A stretch of DNA of 64,000 nt from Bacillota bacterium (GTDB lineage: Bacteria > Bacillota > Clostridia > Acetivibrionales > DSM-1351), in assembly GCA_023393115.1 (NCBI GenBank), contig JAEWMS010000066.1:48369-112368 (forward strand), read 5' to 3'. A program made the position numbers and the translations under genes. The notes beneath the pieces are model-generated. The model had not been told where the DNA came from. It saw only the letters and a program-made list of their open reading frames with translations, and did not search any database. Positions 21,810 through 32,997 of this stretch are shown piece by piece (within the stretch, counting starts at the first letter, position 1; every line of letters starts with the position of its first letter).

Positions 21810-22865
21810 ATGAGAGTATACGTTGTTGGAGTCAATTATAAGACAACACCGATAGAAATACGTGAGAAGTTCAGCATTGAACCAGATGAATATGAAAGAA
21901 TGCTTTCAGGAATAAAAAAAGATGAAGGCATTTCAGAGTGTGCAATTCTTTCAACCTGCAACCGCACTGAAATACATATTTTTTCAGAGGCTTCCTCCTT
22001 GGATACAGCAATTATTGAAAAAATATTCTGCCAGCTTAAGGGATTGGATATATACAAAATGAAAAAGTACTTTTATGTATATGAAGGAGTCAATGCAGTC
22101 AGGCATATAATAAAGGTTGCAGCAGGTATGGATTCAATGATACTTGGTGAAGATCAGATATTGGGTCAATTCAGGAAAGCCTATGATATTTCCATAAAAT
22201 ACGGAACTTCACAAGCTGTTTTAAATACCCTGGCAAGACTTGCCGTTACTTCTTCCAAAAAAATTAAGACCAGAAGTCTGGCAATTAAAAAAGTTTCTTC
22301 TGTTGCCGGACAGGTGGGGCAACTACTTGAGGAACAGTATGGAAGTAACCTGGCAGGTAAAAACGTTCTTGTTATAGGTTCAGGGGAAATAGGAAAAGCT
22401 GTATCAAAAATGCTGCTGGAGACAGGTATAAAGAATATTCTCATAACAAAGCGGGATATTGTAATACAAGAGAAATCTCAGGATAATACTGTTTTTGAAA
22501 CTATAGATTATAATGATAGATATTCATATGTAGAACAAGCAGATATTATTATTGGAGCCACCTCAAGTCCACACTATACAATTACTTCTGATATATTGTC
22601 AGAAAGTATTAAGGATAAGGAAAAAAAACATTTATTTATAGATCTGGCGGTACCAAGAGATTTTGATGAAGCCATTGAAAGGCTTGATAATGTTAATCTA
22701 TACAATATAGATCAGCTTAAAAATATAGAATCATCCTGCTCAGATACTGAAAAGTTATTTGATTTTGATTATATCAATGAGCAGATAAACTGCCATATCC
22801 ATGAGTTCATAAGGTGGTATAATTATAGAAATACATTTATGAAGGCTCAAAACTTGGGTTGTTAA
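21810..22865 (+). CDS. hemA: Glutamyl-tRNA reductase (short form)
   Basis: STCNRTE, GEDQILGQ, GSGEIG, DLAVPRD. Confidence 0.92.
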   Translation: MRVYVVGVNYKTTPIEIREKFSIEPDEYERMLSGIKKDEGISECAILSTCNRTEIHIFSEASSLDTAIIEKIFCQLKGLDIYKMKKYFYVYEGVNAVRHIIKVAAGMDSMILGEDQILGQFRKAYDISIKYGTSQAVLNTLARLAVTSSKKIKTRSLAIKKVSSVAGQVGQLLEEQYGSNLAGKNVLVIGSGEIGKAVSKMLLETGIKNILITKRDIVIQEKSQDNTVFETIDYNDRYSYVEQADIIIGATSSPHYTITSDILSESIKDKEKKHLFIDLAVPRDFDEAIERLDNVNLYNIDQLKNIESSCSDTEKLFDFDYINEQINCHIHEFIRWYNYRNTFMKAQNLGC

Positions 22866-22882
22866 ACGGGGGTAACGGATAA

Positions 22883-23533
22883 ATGGCTATGTTTCCTATG
22901 TATGTTGATCTCAAGGGAAAGCAGTGCTTAATAGTGGGCGGAGGCGAAGTCGCATACAGAAAAGCTGAAATATTGTTAAGGTTTGATGCTGATATAACTA
23001 TTGTTGCCCCAGAATTATGCAGTTCAATTATTGAGTTGAATGAGCAGGAAAAAATAATAATTCATAGAAGAACATATACTGAAAATGATATTAGAGGGGC
23101 TTACCTTGTTGTAGCTGCCACGTCATCAACAGAAGTAAATGAACTGGTATATAATGATGCAGTAAAAAATAATATACCGGTTAATGTTGTTGATGACCCG
23201 GAAAAATGTAAATTTATTTTTCCGTCGGTGGTTAAAAGAGGCCCTTTAACTATTGGGATATCAACTTCAGGAGCATATCCAGCCCTTTCAAAAAAAATTC
23301 GGAAAATCTCAGAAGAGATATTTCCTGAAACCTATTCTGAAATAGTTGAAATGCTTGCTGATTTCAGAAGTAGGGTTCGAAAAAATTCTCTGACCCAACC
23401 TGAAAAGGAAAAGGAACTGAGGAATGTCCTTGAAGAATTCTATTCAAAGGGTGATATAACTCCTCATGCATTAAGGACGATATTACATCAGCACGAGAGT
23501 AATAGTGAAAAGATAAGAGTGAAGAGTGAATAG
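22883..23533 (+). CDS. Precorrin-2 dehydrogenase / sirohydrochlorin ferrochelatase (SirC/Met8p-like)
   Basis: GGGEVAYRK, NVVDDP, ISTSG. Confidence 0.88.
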   Translation: MAMFPMYVDLKGKQCLIVGGGEVAYRKAEILLRFDADITIVAPELCSSIIELNEQEKIIIHRRTYTENDIRGAYLVVAATSSTEVNELVYNDAVKNNIPVNVVDDPEKCKFIFPSVVKRGPLTIGISTSGAYPALSKKIRKISEEIFPETYSEIVEMLADFRSRVRKNSLTQPEKEKELRNVLEEFYSKGDITPHALRTILHQHESNSEKIRVKSE

Positions 23534-23652
23534 TTATGGAAGGCTTGCTTTTGCAAGCCCAAATATTTGATATTAGTGATTGATGAAGTAAATAGTGAAG
23601 AGTAGATGGTTAAGGCAGACTTGTTTAGCAAGCCAGAATATCTGATAGCAGT
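23518..23652 (+). repeat. Two diverged ~60-bp direct repeats, each with a CTTG...CAAG hairpin
   Basis: 23518-23577 vs 23594-23652, both agtgaagagt...cttg...gcaagcc...aatat.tgata..agt. Confidence 0.6.
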
Positions 23653-23670
23653 ACGAAGTGAGGTTATTTT

Positions 23671-24579
23671 ATGAATGGAATAATTAGGGTGGGAACCCGT
23701 GAAAGTGCGTTGGCAATGGCTCAGAGCAGATTAATAATAGACCAGTTGAGCAGCAAGTACCCTGACCTTAAGTTTGAGCTCGTGGGAATGAAAACCAAGG
23801 GTGATATCCTTCTGGATACAAGACTAGATGTTATAGGTGGAAAGGGATTGTTTGTCAACGAAATAGAAAATGCACTTATTGAAAATAGAATTGATATGGC
23901 CGTTCATAGTATGAAGGATATGCCTGCTGTTATGCCCGAGCAGTTAACCATCGCTGCTGTTTCAGAAAGAGAGGATCCCCGTGATGTGTTAGTAACAATA
24001 AACGGAGAAAGTCTGAAGGAACTGAAGCCCGGAGCAATAGTAGGAACCAGTAGCATACGCCGTGAAATTCAGCTGCTTGCTCTAAGACCTGACCTTACCA
24101 TTAGGCAGTTAAGAGGAAATGTGCTCACCAGACTTGATAAACTTGCAGCAGCTGAATTTGATGCAATAGTTCTTGCAGCCGCCGGTCTAAAAAGATTGGG
24201 GCTTCACGAAAAATGCGTCAGCTGCTTTTCTGTTGAAGAGATGATTCCTGCTATCGGACAAGGTGTATTAGGGGTTCAGGTTAAAAAGGGCAGCAAAATG
24301 CAGCAGCTTGTAAATTCTATTAATAGCCCCGACGTATGGCTTACTCTGGAAGCAGAAAGAAGCTTCATGTTCCGTCTCAACGGCGGCTGCAGCACACCAA
24401 TGGCAGCACATGCTGTCATCAGCGGTAACAAAATGAGAATAACAGGAATGCTGGCTGTGAATTATGGTAAGGACGTTTTAAAGGCAGCAGTTGAAGGAGA
24501 TAAGCATCAAGCCAGCTCGCTGGGAGAAAAGCTTGCTGCTGTTATATTGGAGAAAGAAAGTAAACTGGGGGATTGCTGA
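23671..24579 (+). CDS. hemC: Hydroxymethylbilane synthase
   Basis: GTRESALA, GKGLF, VHSMKD, GTSS, LRGN, GGCSTP. Confidence 0.95.
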   Translation: MNGIIRVGTRESALAMAQSRLIIDQLSSKYPDLKFELVGMKTKGDILLDTRLDVIGGKGLFVNEIENALIENRIDMAVHSMKDMPAVMPEQLTIAAVSEREDPRDVLVTINGESLKELKPGAIVGTSSIRREIQLLALRPDLTIRQLRGNVLTRLDKLAAAEFDAIVLAAAGLKRLGLHEKCVSCFSVEEMIPAIGQGVLGVQVKKGSKMQQLVNSINSPDVWLTLEAERSFMFRLNGGCSTPMAAHAVISGNKMRITGMLAVNYGKDVLKAAVEGDKHQASSLGEKLAAVILEKESKLGDC

Positions 24580-24580
24580 T

Positions 24581-26113
24581 ATGGCAGGAAAAGTGTATAT
24601 TATTGGGGCAGGGCCCGGTGACTACAAGCTTTTGACCTTAAAAGCTGTAGAAGCCATAAAAAAATCCGAGGTCATCGTATATGATCGGCTTATTGACAGC
24701 AATGTACTTGGTTTTGCTGATAATGGAGCCGAATTTGTTTATGTAGGAAAACAGCCTCAGCACCACCAGGTACCTCAGAACGAAATTAATCAAATTCTAT
24801 TAAAGTATGCAAAAGAAGGTAGGACTGTAGCCAGAGTAAAAGGCGGGGACCCGTTTTTATTCGGGCGTGGTGGTGAGGAGTGCGAATATCTTCATAAAAA
24901 CGGGATTGAGTTTGAGGTTGTGCCGGGTATTACCTCCTCAATAGCTGTGCCGGCATATGCAGGAATACCCGTTACTCACAGAGAATATGCTTCATCCCTT
25001 CATATTATTACCGGACACCATTCAGCTGAAAGAGAAAGCACTGGGGATATAGAAAGCAGTCCCTTATGTGATTTTGAAACACTTGCAAAACAGGAAGGTA
25101 CGCTGGTTTTTCTGATGGGGGTAAAGAATATTTGTGAAATTTCAAGCGGTCTAATGATATTTGGTAAAGCGCCAGATACGCCCGTTGCAGTTATTGAGAA
25201 TGGAACCAAGCCAGAGCAAAGAGTAATTACCGGCATATTAAGGGATATTACCGAGAAGTGTGAGCAGTATAAGGTAAAATCACCTGCTGTTATTGTTATA
25301 GGAGAAGTGGCAAAGCTTTCTGAAAACCTTTGCTGGTATGGAAAAGGAGTACTTTCGGGTAAAAGGATAGTTACCACCAGACCTGCCGGACAATCAGATG
25401 CATTGGTTAAGGGTTTGGAGGAATCTGGTGCCCACGTTACTGAATTTCCTGTCATAAAAATAACAGAGCTTCAGGAGAGTGAGAAGTTTGAAACAGCTCT
25501 GAACAGGCTGGATTCATATAGTTGGCTTATTTTTACAAGCGCAAATGGTGTTGATATTTTCTTTAAGCAGCTCAGTCAGTCAAAACTGGACATTCGTAAG
25601 CTTTATGGAATAAAAATTGCAGTTGTGGGTTCAGCCACAGAAAAAGCTCTGAATTCAAAAGGCTTGTATGCTGATTATATTCCTGAAAAATTCTCCACCA
25701 AGGAGCTATTATCGGGCTTACTCGGAAAAATAGAAAGCAGTGATAAAATACTCCTTATTAATTCAGAAATTTCCAGGCCTGAATTGACCAAGGGCATTAA
25801 AAAATCCGATATAGCTTTTGATGAAATTGCTGTATACACAACTGAACCCAATAATAATTTAGAAAGTAAACTGGATTATATTGTACCTGAGTTGGAAAGG
25901 GCTGACTATATAACTTTTACAAGCCCTTCTGCAGTAAAAGCCTTTGTTACTTTACTTGGACAGGAAAGAATTAAGAAATTCTCAGCAGCTGTTATATGTA
26001 TAGGTCCGGTTACTGCCAGTGCAGCTGCCGAAGAAGGTATGTCTGTAAAAGCAGTTGCTGAGCAATATAATGCAGAAGGAATAATTCAAAGAATTGTTGA
26101 ATTAAACAAATAA
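24581..26113 (+). CDS. cobA/hemD: Uroporphyrinogen-III C-methyltransferase / uroporphyrinogen-III synthase fusion
   Basis: GAGPGD, KGGDPFLFGRGGEE, then VTTRP, FTSANGV, FTSPSAV. Confidence 0.93.
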   Translation: MAGKVYIIGAGPGDYKLLTLKAVEAIKKSEVIVYDRLIDSNVLGFADNGAEFVYVGKQPQHHQVPQNEINQILLKYAKEGRTVARVKGGDPFLFGRGGEECEYLHKNGIEFEVVPGITSSIAVPAYAGIPVTHREYASSLHIITGHHSAERESTGDIESSPLCDFETLAKQEGTLVFLMGVKNICEISSGLMIFGKAPDTPVAVIENGTKPEQRVITGILRDITEKCEQYKVKSPAVIVIGEVAKLSENLCWYGKGVLSGKRIVTTRPAGQSDALVKGLEESGAHVTEFPVIKITELQESEKFETALNRLDSYSWLIFTSANGVDIFFKQLSQSKLDIRKLYGIKIAVVGSATEKALNSKGLYADYIPEKFSTKELLSGLLGKIESSDKILLINSEISRPELTKGIKKSDIAFDEIAVYTTEPNNNLESKLDYIVPELERADYITFTSPSAVKAFVTLLGQERIKKFSAAVICIGPVTASAAAEEGMSVKAVAEQYNAEGIIQRIVELNK

Positions 26114-26175
26114 GAATTTAGCATGCTACAACAGATTAATACCTAAGATAAGTTAATGCTTCTGGGAGGTAGGCA

Positions 26176-27144
26176 ATGGATTTAGTAAAGAGACCAAGAA
26201 GACTTAGAACAAGTGCCGGACTGAGAAAACTTGTCGGCGAAATAAAGATCGGAACAGAGGATTTCATATATCCCATGTTTGTTGTAGAAGGTTCCGGCAT
26301 AGAAAGGGAAATACCCTCAATGCCGGGAATATATCATTACTCTGTGGACAAGCTGCTTTTTCAACTGGAAAAAGTACAGCAGGCAGGAATTCCAGGTATA
26401 CTCCTGTTTGGAATTCCTGACGAAAAGGATGAGGTTGGTACCGGTGCCTTTTTTAGTGACGGTATTGTTCAGAAAACCCTCAGAGCGGCAAAACAGAGGT
26501 TTCCTGAACTTGTACTATCTGCAGATTTATGTCTGTGTGAATATACCAGCCATGGACATTGCGGTATTATTCAAGATAACAAAATAGATAATGATCTTAC
26601 TTTGGAAATTTTATCAAAAGCAGCAGTCAGTCTGGCTGAAGCAGGTGCAGATATCATTGCTCCCTCAGATATGATGGATGGTAGAGTTGGTGCCATAAGG
26701 AAAGCACTTGACAGCTTTTCTTTTTCAGATAAAGCTATCATGGCCTATAGTGCGAAATATGCCTCTGCCTTTTATGGCCCTTTCAGAGATGCGGCCGGTT
26801 CAGCTCCTGTATTCGGAGACAGGAAAACCTATCAGATGGATTACCATGGCAGGAAGGAAGCAATGAAGGAAATGGAACTAGATATAAATGAAGGTGCAGA
26901 TATTGTAATGGTTAAGCCTGCTCTTGCATATCTGGATATTATACATGAAGCCGCCTCAAGGTTTGATTATCCGCTGGCAGCCTATAATGTAAGCGGTGAA
27001 TACTGCATGATCAAGGCAGCTGCTCAAAAGGGCTGGATTGATGAGAAAAATGCGGCTCTTGAGTCCTTGACCGCAATAAAGAGAGCAGGTGCGGATATAA
27101 TTATCAGCTACTTTGCAATGGATGCGGCCAAGTGGTTGAAATAG
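26176..27144 (+). CDS. hemB: Porphobilinogen synthase
   Basis: RPRRLR, CLCEYTSHGHCG, PSDMMDG, MVKP. Confidence 0.96.
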   Translation: MDLVKRPRRLRTSAGLRKLVGEIKIGTEDFIYPMFVVEGSGIEREIPSMPGIYHYSVDKLLFQLEKVQQAGIPGILLFGIPDEKDEVGTGAFFSDGIVQKTLRAAKQRFPELVLSADLCLCEYTSHGHCGIIQDNKIDNDLTLEILSKAAVSLAEAGADIIAPSDMMDGRVGAIRKALDSFSFSDKAIMAYSAKYASAFYGPFRDAAGSAPVFGDRKTYQMDYHGRKEAMKEMELDINEGADIVMVKPALAYLDIIHEAASRFDYPLAAYNVSGEYCMIKAAAQKGWIDEKNAALESLTAIKRAGADIIISYFAMDAAKWLK

Positions 27145-27221
27145 CTTGATATAAAGAAATACAAAAACAAATACATATACAGATACAAATGACCAGATAA
27201 TCTGCCACAGGAGAATTCGGA

Positions 27222-28514
27222 ATGAATACTAAAAAATCTCAAGAAGTATTTAATAAAGCCTGCATTTATATGCCAGGAGGGGTAAATAGCCCTGTCCGTG
27301 CTTTTAAATCGGTAGGAATGAAGCCTCCGATCATAAAAAAGGGGAAGGGCTCACGGCTTGTTGACCTTGACGATAATGAATATATTGATTATGTTTGCTC
27401 CTGGGGGCCAATGATCTTAGGGCATGCACAGCCTGAAGTTATTTCAGCAATAAAGGAAGCTGCCGAAAACGGTACCAGCTTCGGGGCACCCACAGAAAAT
27501 GAGTTGGTACTGGCAGAACTAATTAGTGATGCCATTCCTTCCATGGAGATGTTGAGACTTGTGAGCTCGGGAACAGAGGCTGCTATGAGTGCTATACGAG
27601 TTGCCAGAGGCTATACCGGAAGGGATTTGATTGTTAAATTTGAGGGCTGCTACCATGGACACAGTGACGGACTGCTGGTCAAAGCCGGCTCAGGAGCCTT
27701 GACTGTCGGAGTGCCGGACAGTTCCGGAGTTCCTATGGATTATTCAAAGAACACACTGGTGGCAGCATATAACGACCAGGAAGGTTTACAGGATATTTTT
27801 AAGAAATACGGTGACAAAATTGCAGCAGTAATTATTGAACCCATTGCAGCCAATATGGGACTGGTGCTGCCTGATATTGATTTCCTTACGCAACTGCGTA
27901 ACCTTACAGAAAAATATCAAGGACTATTAATTTTTGATGAAGTAATTACAGGCTTCCGGGTATCCTATGGGGGAGCACAGGAACTGTATGGTATAAAACC
28001 TGACTTGACTGTTCTGGGAAAGATTATTGGCGGGGGAATGCCTGTGGGAGCATATGGCGGGAAAAGAGAGATAATGGAGAAGGTAGCTCCGCTTGGTCCG
28101 GTATACCAGGCAGGAACTCTATCTGGCAATCCTGTTGCTGTAGCCGCGGGTATCAGTACATTAAAAGCCATTAAACAAAGAAAAGACTTTTATATTCGTT
28201 TGGATTGCCTGGGAAAATCCCTTGAGGATGCCTATTATGAAGCTGCGGCAAAAAATAATGTCAATATAAGAATAAATAGAGCCGGCTCACTTTTAAGTGT
28301 ATTTTTTATTGATAGGGATGTCATTGATTATAACAGTGCTGTAAGCTCAGACCTGGACAAATTCAAAAGATACTTTTCAGCTATGCTGGATAAAGGTATT
28401 TATATAGCTCCATCACAGTTTGAAGCGTTATTTGTTTCATATGCGCATAGTGAAAAGGATATTGCTGAAACAAAAGCTGCTATTGAGTTTGCTTTTTCGA
28501 GTCTACAGCTTTAA
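27222..28514 (+). CDS. hemL: Glutamate-1-semialdehyde 2,1-aminomutase
   Basis: [38 protein letters not shown]. Confidence 0.96.
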   Translation: MNTKKSQEVFNKACIYMPGGVNSPVRAFKSVGMKPPIIKKGKGSRLVDLDDNEYIDYVCSWGPMILGHAQPEVISAIKEAAENGTSFGAPTENELVLAELISDAIPSMEMLRLVSSGTEAAMSAIRVARGYTGRDLIVKFEGCYHGHSDGLLVKAGSGALTVGVPDSSGVPMDYSKNTLVAAYNDQEGLQDIFKKYGDKIAAVIIEPIAANMGLVLPDIDFLTQLRNLTEKYQGLLIFDEVITGFRVSYGGAQELYGIKPDLTVLGKIIGGGMPVGAYGGKREIMEKVAPLGPVYQAGTLSGNPVAVAAGISTLKAIKQRKDFYIRLDCLGKSLEDAYYEAAAKNNVNIRINRAGSLLSVFFIDRDVIDYNSAVSSDLDKFKRYFSAMLDKGIYIAPSQFEALFVSYAHSEKDIAETKAAIEFAFSSLQL

Positions 28515-30889
28515 CTTTTTCTTATTCAGCAATAGTGAGTTTATAATTACGCACACAGAGCTTAATGCCATTGCAGCAGAAGCAATTACAGGACTAAGTC
28601 GGCCTGTTGCAGCAAAAGGAATTCCAATTGCATTATATATTATTGCCCAAAAGAGGTTTTGTTTAATTTTTCTCATGGTCAGTCGTGAGAGCTTAAAGGT
28701 ATATGGAATAGATGTCAGGTTATCGTTCAGAATAACAATGTCAGCTGTCTCAATGGCGGCATCAGTACCCGAATGGATTGATATGCCGATATCTGCTGCG
28801 GCCAGTGAAGGTGCGTCATTGATTCCGTCACCGACCATTGCTACTGGATTGCCTTTCTTTTTTAACGAAGAAATGACCTGTAACTTTTCTTCTGGCAGAA
28901 CACCTGAAATAACTGTATCAATATCAAGCTTTGCGGCTACCTGTTTTGCAGTTTTTTCACTGTCTCCGGTAAGAAGCACCACCTGAACTCCTGTCTGCTG
29001 TAGCTGCTTAACTACTTGATAAGAACCGTCTCTTATTTCATCAGAGAGGACTATAACAGCACATAAAATATTATTTACTGCCATAAATACAAGGATTTTC
29101 CCATCTGAATGAAGTGCTTCAAGGGATTCAAGTTCTGGTTCTGCCAGTCCTTCAAATTCTTCCAGCTCTTCTGATTCGAACAGTTCTTTTGAATCTAATT
29201 GTTCTGGTGATTCTAACCGTTTTTTCAGTTCTTTTTCAGGAGAATGGCTTAATCTATACTCATGAATATAGGCTTTAGAACCTATCCTTGTTTCAATATC
29301 ATCAACGGTTGCATATATACCCTTACCGTGGATAGCCCGAAAATCCTTTACTGGTATCTCTGCATAGTTTTCTGAGCCCATAACTGCACTACAGATTGCT
29401 TTTCCTATGGGGTGTTCCGAACCCTTCTGGGCATTAACCGCCAGATTTATTAATTTCTCTTTTGAAAGGTTATGAGAATTCTGATTAATAACGATAAAGT
29501 CCGATAAGGTTAGTTTACCGGTAGTGAGAGTCCCTGTTTTATCAAATACTACGGTATTTATCTTATAAGCCTTTTCAAGAACATCACCGCTTTTTATTAA
29601 TATTCCGTTTTTCATAGCTCTCGTCATACCTGACATAATTGCTGTGGGAGTAGCCAGACCTAATGCACAGGGGCAGGATACAACAATTACCGCAACAGCA
29701 TTTATGATTGGTGTATCAATTAGAAATATGGAGTAATCCAAAATATAAAACCATGTGATAAATGTAATCAATGAAATAATCAATACCGCCGGAATAAAAA
29801 AAGCACTGACTTTATCAGCTGTTTTTTGAATACTCGCTTTACTGCTTTGCGCTTCTTCGGTCACTTTAATAATCTGTGACAGCAAGGTATCACTTCCAAC
29901 CCTTGTAGCTCTTATTTTTATAAAGCCATATGTGTTCAGTGAGGCTTCGGTCACTATATCATTTGTGTTTTTTTCGACCGGCAGGCTTTCTCCGGTTAGC
30001 ATGGATTCATCTACAGCAGAGCTTCCTTCAATTATTATTCCGTCTACGGGTACTTTTTCTCCGGGTCTTACCACTACTATATCACCAACAGATACCTCAT
30101 CTATTGGAATCTGAACCTCCTCATAGTTCCTGATAACAGTTGCCAGTTTGGGTTTGAGAGAAAGAAGGCTTTCAATAGCCATAGAAGTACTTTTTCTGGA
30201 TTTTGCTTCAAGAAATTTACCCAGCAGAACAAAGGTGATAATTACCGAGGAGGCTTCGAAGTATATATTTTTCATACCTGACTGTAGTAGATTATTATCG
30301 TAAAGGGAGGTGTACAGACTGTAAAAGTATGCGGCTGAAGAACCAATTACTACAAGCAAATCCATGGTTGCTTTTTTCCAGCGCAGAGAATAAAAAGCGT
30401 TTTTATAGAATTTGAAGCCCACTATAAATTGAACCGGTGTTGCAAGTACCAGCTGCAGGCGCCAGTCATGGAGCAGTCTGGCCTTAAAGCGCAGATAATC
30501 AATTATATATGCGGCAGTTGATTTATCGGCGCTTGGAAAAAAATAGTCATGGCAAAAACCTATACCACCCAGAAGCATGGCCAGCAGCATGGGGAAGGAT
30601 AAAATAGCTGAAAGAACCAGAAGACGTTTTAGTTTTTGCAGCTCTGAATGTCTCTTTTTCTGATTAGTCTGCTCGGATAAGCTATCGCTTACTGAGAAGC
30701 CAAGTTTTCAATGTTATTTTTTATATGATTAAGATCTACTTTATCCTTATTATAGTTCACAAATGCTTTTTCAGCTGCATAGCTGACTGTAACCTTTTCA
30801 ACGCCGTCTATTGAACTTACTCTTGTCTCTATTGATATTGAACATAGGGTACAGGTCATACCATATATTTTTAGCACTGCACTTTCCAT
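28503..30889 (-). pseudogene. copA: Copper-type P1B ATPase (CopA-like) split by a single-base frameshift
   Basis: N-terminal HMA domain GMTCTLC (30689-30889) joins the TGES/CPC/DKTGT/HP/GDGIND/YN/MALSS body if one A is added in the minus-strand A4 run at 30705-30708. Confidence 0.8.
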
Positions 30890-30919
30890 TAGAACACCAC
30901 CTTAAAAAATAATAATAAA

Positions 30920-30962
30920 GCGGAGTAACAAATTGCAGTATTTCTGCAATTTGTTACTCCGC
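30920..30962 (-). terminator. Perfect 19-bp-stem hairpin with U-rich tail in the copA 5' region
   Basis: gcggagtaacaaattgcag-N5-ctgcaatttgttactccgc; on the minus strand followed by tttattattatttttt. Confidence 0.65.
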
Positions 30963-31080
30963 CTCCAGTAAATCCGGTCAACGGATAAAAATTAGTGACT
31001 TGTATAAGCATATAAATTATATATGAATACTATATATTATATTTAAAGTTCTATATTTTGTCAAACATAGCGATTATCTA

Positions 31081-31114
31081 TTGACAGAGTTTTATTGTTC
31101 GAATATTATAGAAC
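31081..31114 (+). promoter_or_regulatory. SigA promoter overlapped by a GTTC-N10-GAAC operator
   Basis: TTGACA 31081, 17 bp, TATTAT 31104; gttcgaatattatagaac 31097-31114. Confidence 0.65.
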
Positions 31115-31115
31115 T

Positions 31116-31424
31116 ATGGATAAGTTAAATTTGGTGAAAATATTTAAAGCTCTATCGAGTGAACAAAGGTACTTAATATTTGAAATGTTGTATGAGTGGC
31201 AGCAAACCGCCAGTGGTGAGGATGGAAGCTTTCTTTATACTGACGGCATGGAGAAATGCTTTACTAAAGCATGCTGCTGTATGCACCTGTCAAAATCAAC
31301 TATATCCCATCACTTTAAAGAACTGGAAAATGCGGGGCTTATTTCGTGTACCCGTAGTGGACAGAGTTCTGTGTGCAAGGTTAATATGGAGGCAGTTGAA
31401 GCTATACGCAGTTTTTTGAAATAA
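31116..31424 (+). CDS. ArsR/SmtB-family regulator, Cys-rich, probably leaderless
   Basis: IFKALSSEQR, LSKSTISHHFKELENAGLI; no RBS before ATG 31116. Confidence 0.85.
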   Translation: MDKLNLVKIFKALSSEQRYLIFEMLYEWQQTASGEDGSFLYTDGMEKCFTKACCCMHLSKSTISHHFKELENAGLISCTRSGQSSVCKVNMEAVEAIRSFLK

Positions 31425-31457
31425 TCAAAAAAGTATACATCCATTAGTTAAATTTTT

Positions 31458-31486
31458 TTGACATAAGAGTTCGATAGTTGTAGAAC
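31458..31486 (+). promoter_or_regulatory. Second GTTC-N10-GAAC operator next to TTGACA, upstream of gshA
   Basis: gttcgatagttgtagaac 31469-31486; TTGACA 31458. Confidence 0.6.
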
Positions 31487-31521
31487 AGTAATACCGATAT
31501 TTTTTGGAAAGGCGGAGATTT

Positions 31522-32967
31522 ATGGGTTGGAATTTTAACCAGGCACTAAAGCTGTTTTCGAGTGATGACAAAGCTTATTTACTGAATGAGGGCTATTTCG
31601 GAATTGAAAGAGAAGCTCAGAGGATTACTCCACAGGGAGATCTGGCTTTAACACCTCACCCGGCTGTTTTCGGTGATAAGGAGGAAAATCCCCGTATAAC
31701 AACCGATTTTTCGGAAAGCCAGATCGAGATGATTACACCGACCTTTGAAAGTGTGGAGGAAGTTTATGAATCATTAAGAGAAATATTCACCGAAGTCGAG
31801 AATGGTATTAAAGATGAGCTTCTCTGGCCATTGAGCATGCCTCCGAAACTGCCGGCCGAAGAAAGGATTCCTGTTGCTGTCTTCAAGCAGACAAAAGAGG
31901 GGCGAGAAAAAACCGAATATCGAAACGGTTTAGCATATCGTTACGGGAAGAAGATGCAAATGATTTCCGGAATTCACTATAATTTTTCATTTAAAGAGAG
32001 TATGATTCAAACATTATATGACAGGTTTGGACGTAATAGTAAGTATATTAATTTTAAAAATGATATGTACATGGCAATCACAAGAAACTTTTTGCGCTAT
32101 AGATGGCTGCTGATTTACTTGTTTGGAGCTTCTCCGAATTTTGATGCTTCTTACAGCTCTGTTATTGAGCAAGAACTTAAGATAGTTGAAAAGTGTTGCC
32201 CAGAAAGTACTGTTTTACTGTGCAATTTTAATCAAAAGGCCACTTCACTCAGGGTAAGCAGGTTTGGGTATTCGGATATTAATGGAGAAAGAACTAATAT
32301 CTATTTTAATGAACTTGATGAGTATTTAACAAAGCTAAAAAAAATGCTTAACACAAAAAGCAAAAAGTATTCCAGAACAAATGAAAACATGGGCGAAAAA
32401 GGTGTACAGCTTAATAAAAATATACTACAGAAGGAGAGTGAATTTTATTCATCAATACGCTTAAAGCAGAATACTGCTCCGGGAGAAACACAACTAAATG
32501 CTTTGGAGGAAAGGGGAGTCAAGTATCTTGAAGTCAGGCTATTGGACATAAATCCCTATGAAAAACTGGGTATTACACTTCAGCAATTGCATTTTTTACA
32601 GGTATTTATGCTTTACTGCCTATTTGAAAGAAGCCCGAAAATAACTCAGTATGAATTCGAAAGGATAAACTCCAATCATCATATGACAGCACTTTTTGGA
32701 AGGATGGAAAATCTATTGCTTTATGGGGATGACCATAAGATACTGCCGTTACAGGCGTTCGGAAAAGTTGTATTTGAAAAGCTTCAAATTATCGCTGACC
32801 TTATGGATAAGACTAATCGGGAGGGGAAATATTCAAAAAGTGTAGCTGCTGAATATGCCAAGCTTGAGGATTTGTCCTTACTTCCATCTGAACTGCTACA
32901 AAGAGAAATGAGGAAGACAAATACCGATTATATTAATTATGGGTTGAAATTAATCAATAAAAATTAA
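31522..32967 (+). CDS. gshA: Glutamate-cysteine ligase
   Basis: GIEREAQR, ITTDFSESQIE, WPLSMP, SGIHYNFS, ATSLR, ESEFYS, YLEVR. Confidence 0.92.
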   Translation: MGWNFNQALKLFSSDDKAYLLNEGYFGIEREAQRITPQGDLALTPHPAVFGDKEENPRITTDFSESQIEMITPTFESVEEVYESLREIFTEVENGIKDELLWPLSMPPKLPAEERIPVAVFKQTKEGREKTEYRNGLAYRYGKKMQMISGIHYNFSFKESMIQTLYDRFGRNSKYINFKNDMYMAITRNFLRYRWLLIYLFGASPNFDASYSSVIEQELKIVEKCCPESTVLLCNFNQKATSLRVSRFGYSDINGERTNIYFNELDEYLTKLKKMLNTKSKKYSRTNENMGEKGVQLNKNILQKESEFYSSIRLKQNTAPGETQLNALEERGVKYLEVRLLDINPYEKLGITLQQLHFLQVFMLYCLFERSPKITQYEFERINSNHHMTALFGRMENLLLYGDDHKILPLQAFGKVVFEKLQIIADLMDKTNREGKYSKSVAAEYAKLEDLSLLPSELLQREMRKTNTDYINYGLKLINKN

Positions 32968-32997
32968 TAGTAATGAATCTGAAAGGTAGGTTAAAGT

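Noticed and set aside
21810..22865. hemA as a truncated pseudogene
   Set aside because: Catalytic and NADPH motifs are intact; short HemA forms occur in Clostridia
32968..32997. Stop-codon read-through giving a fused GshF
   Set aside because: Same frame, but several in-frame stops and a separate RBS
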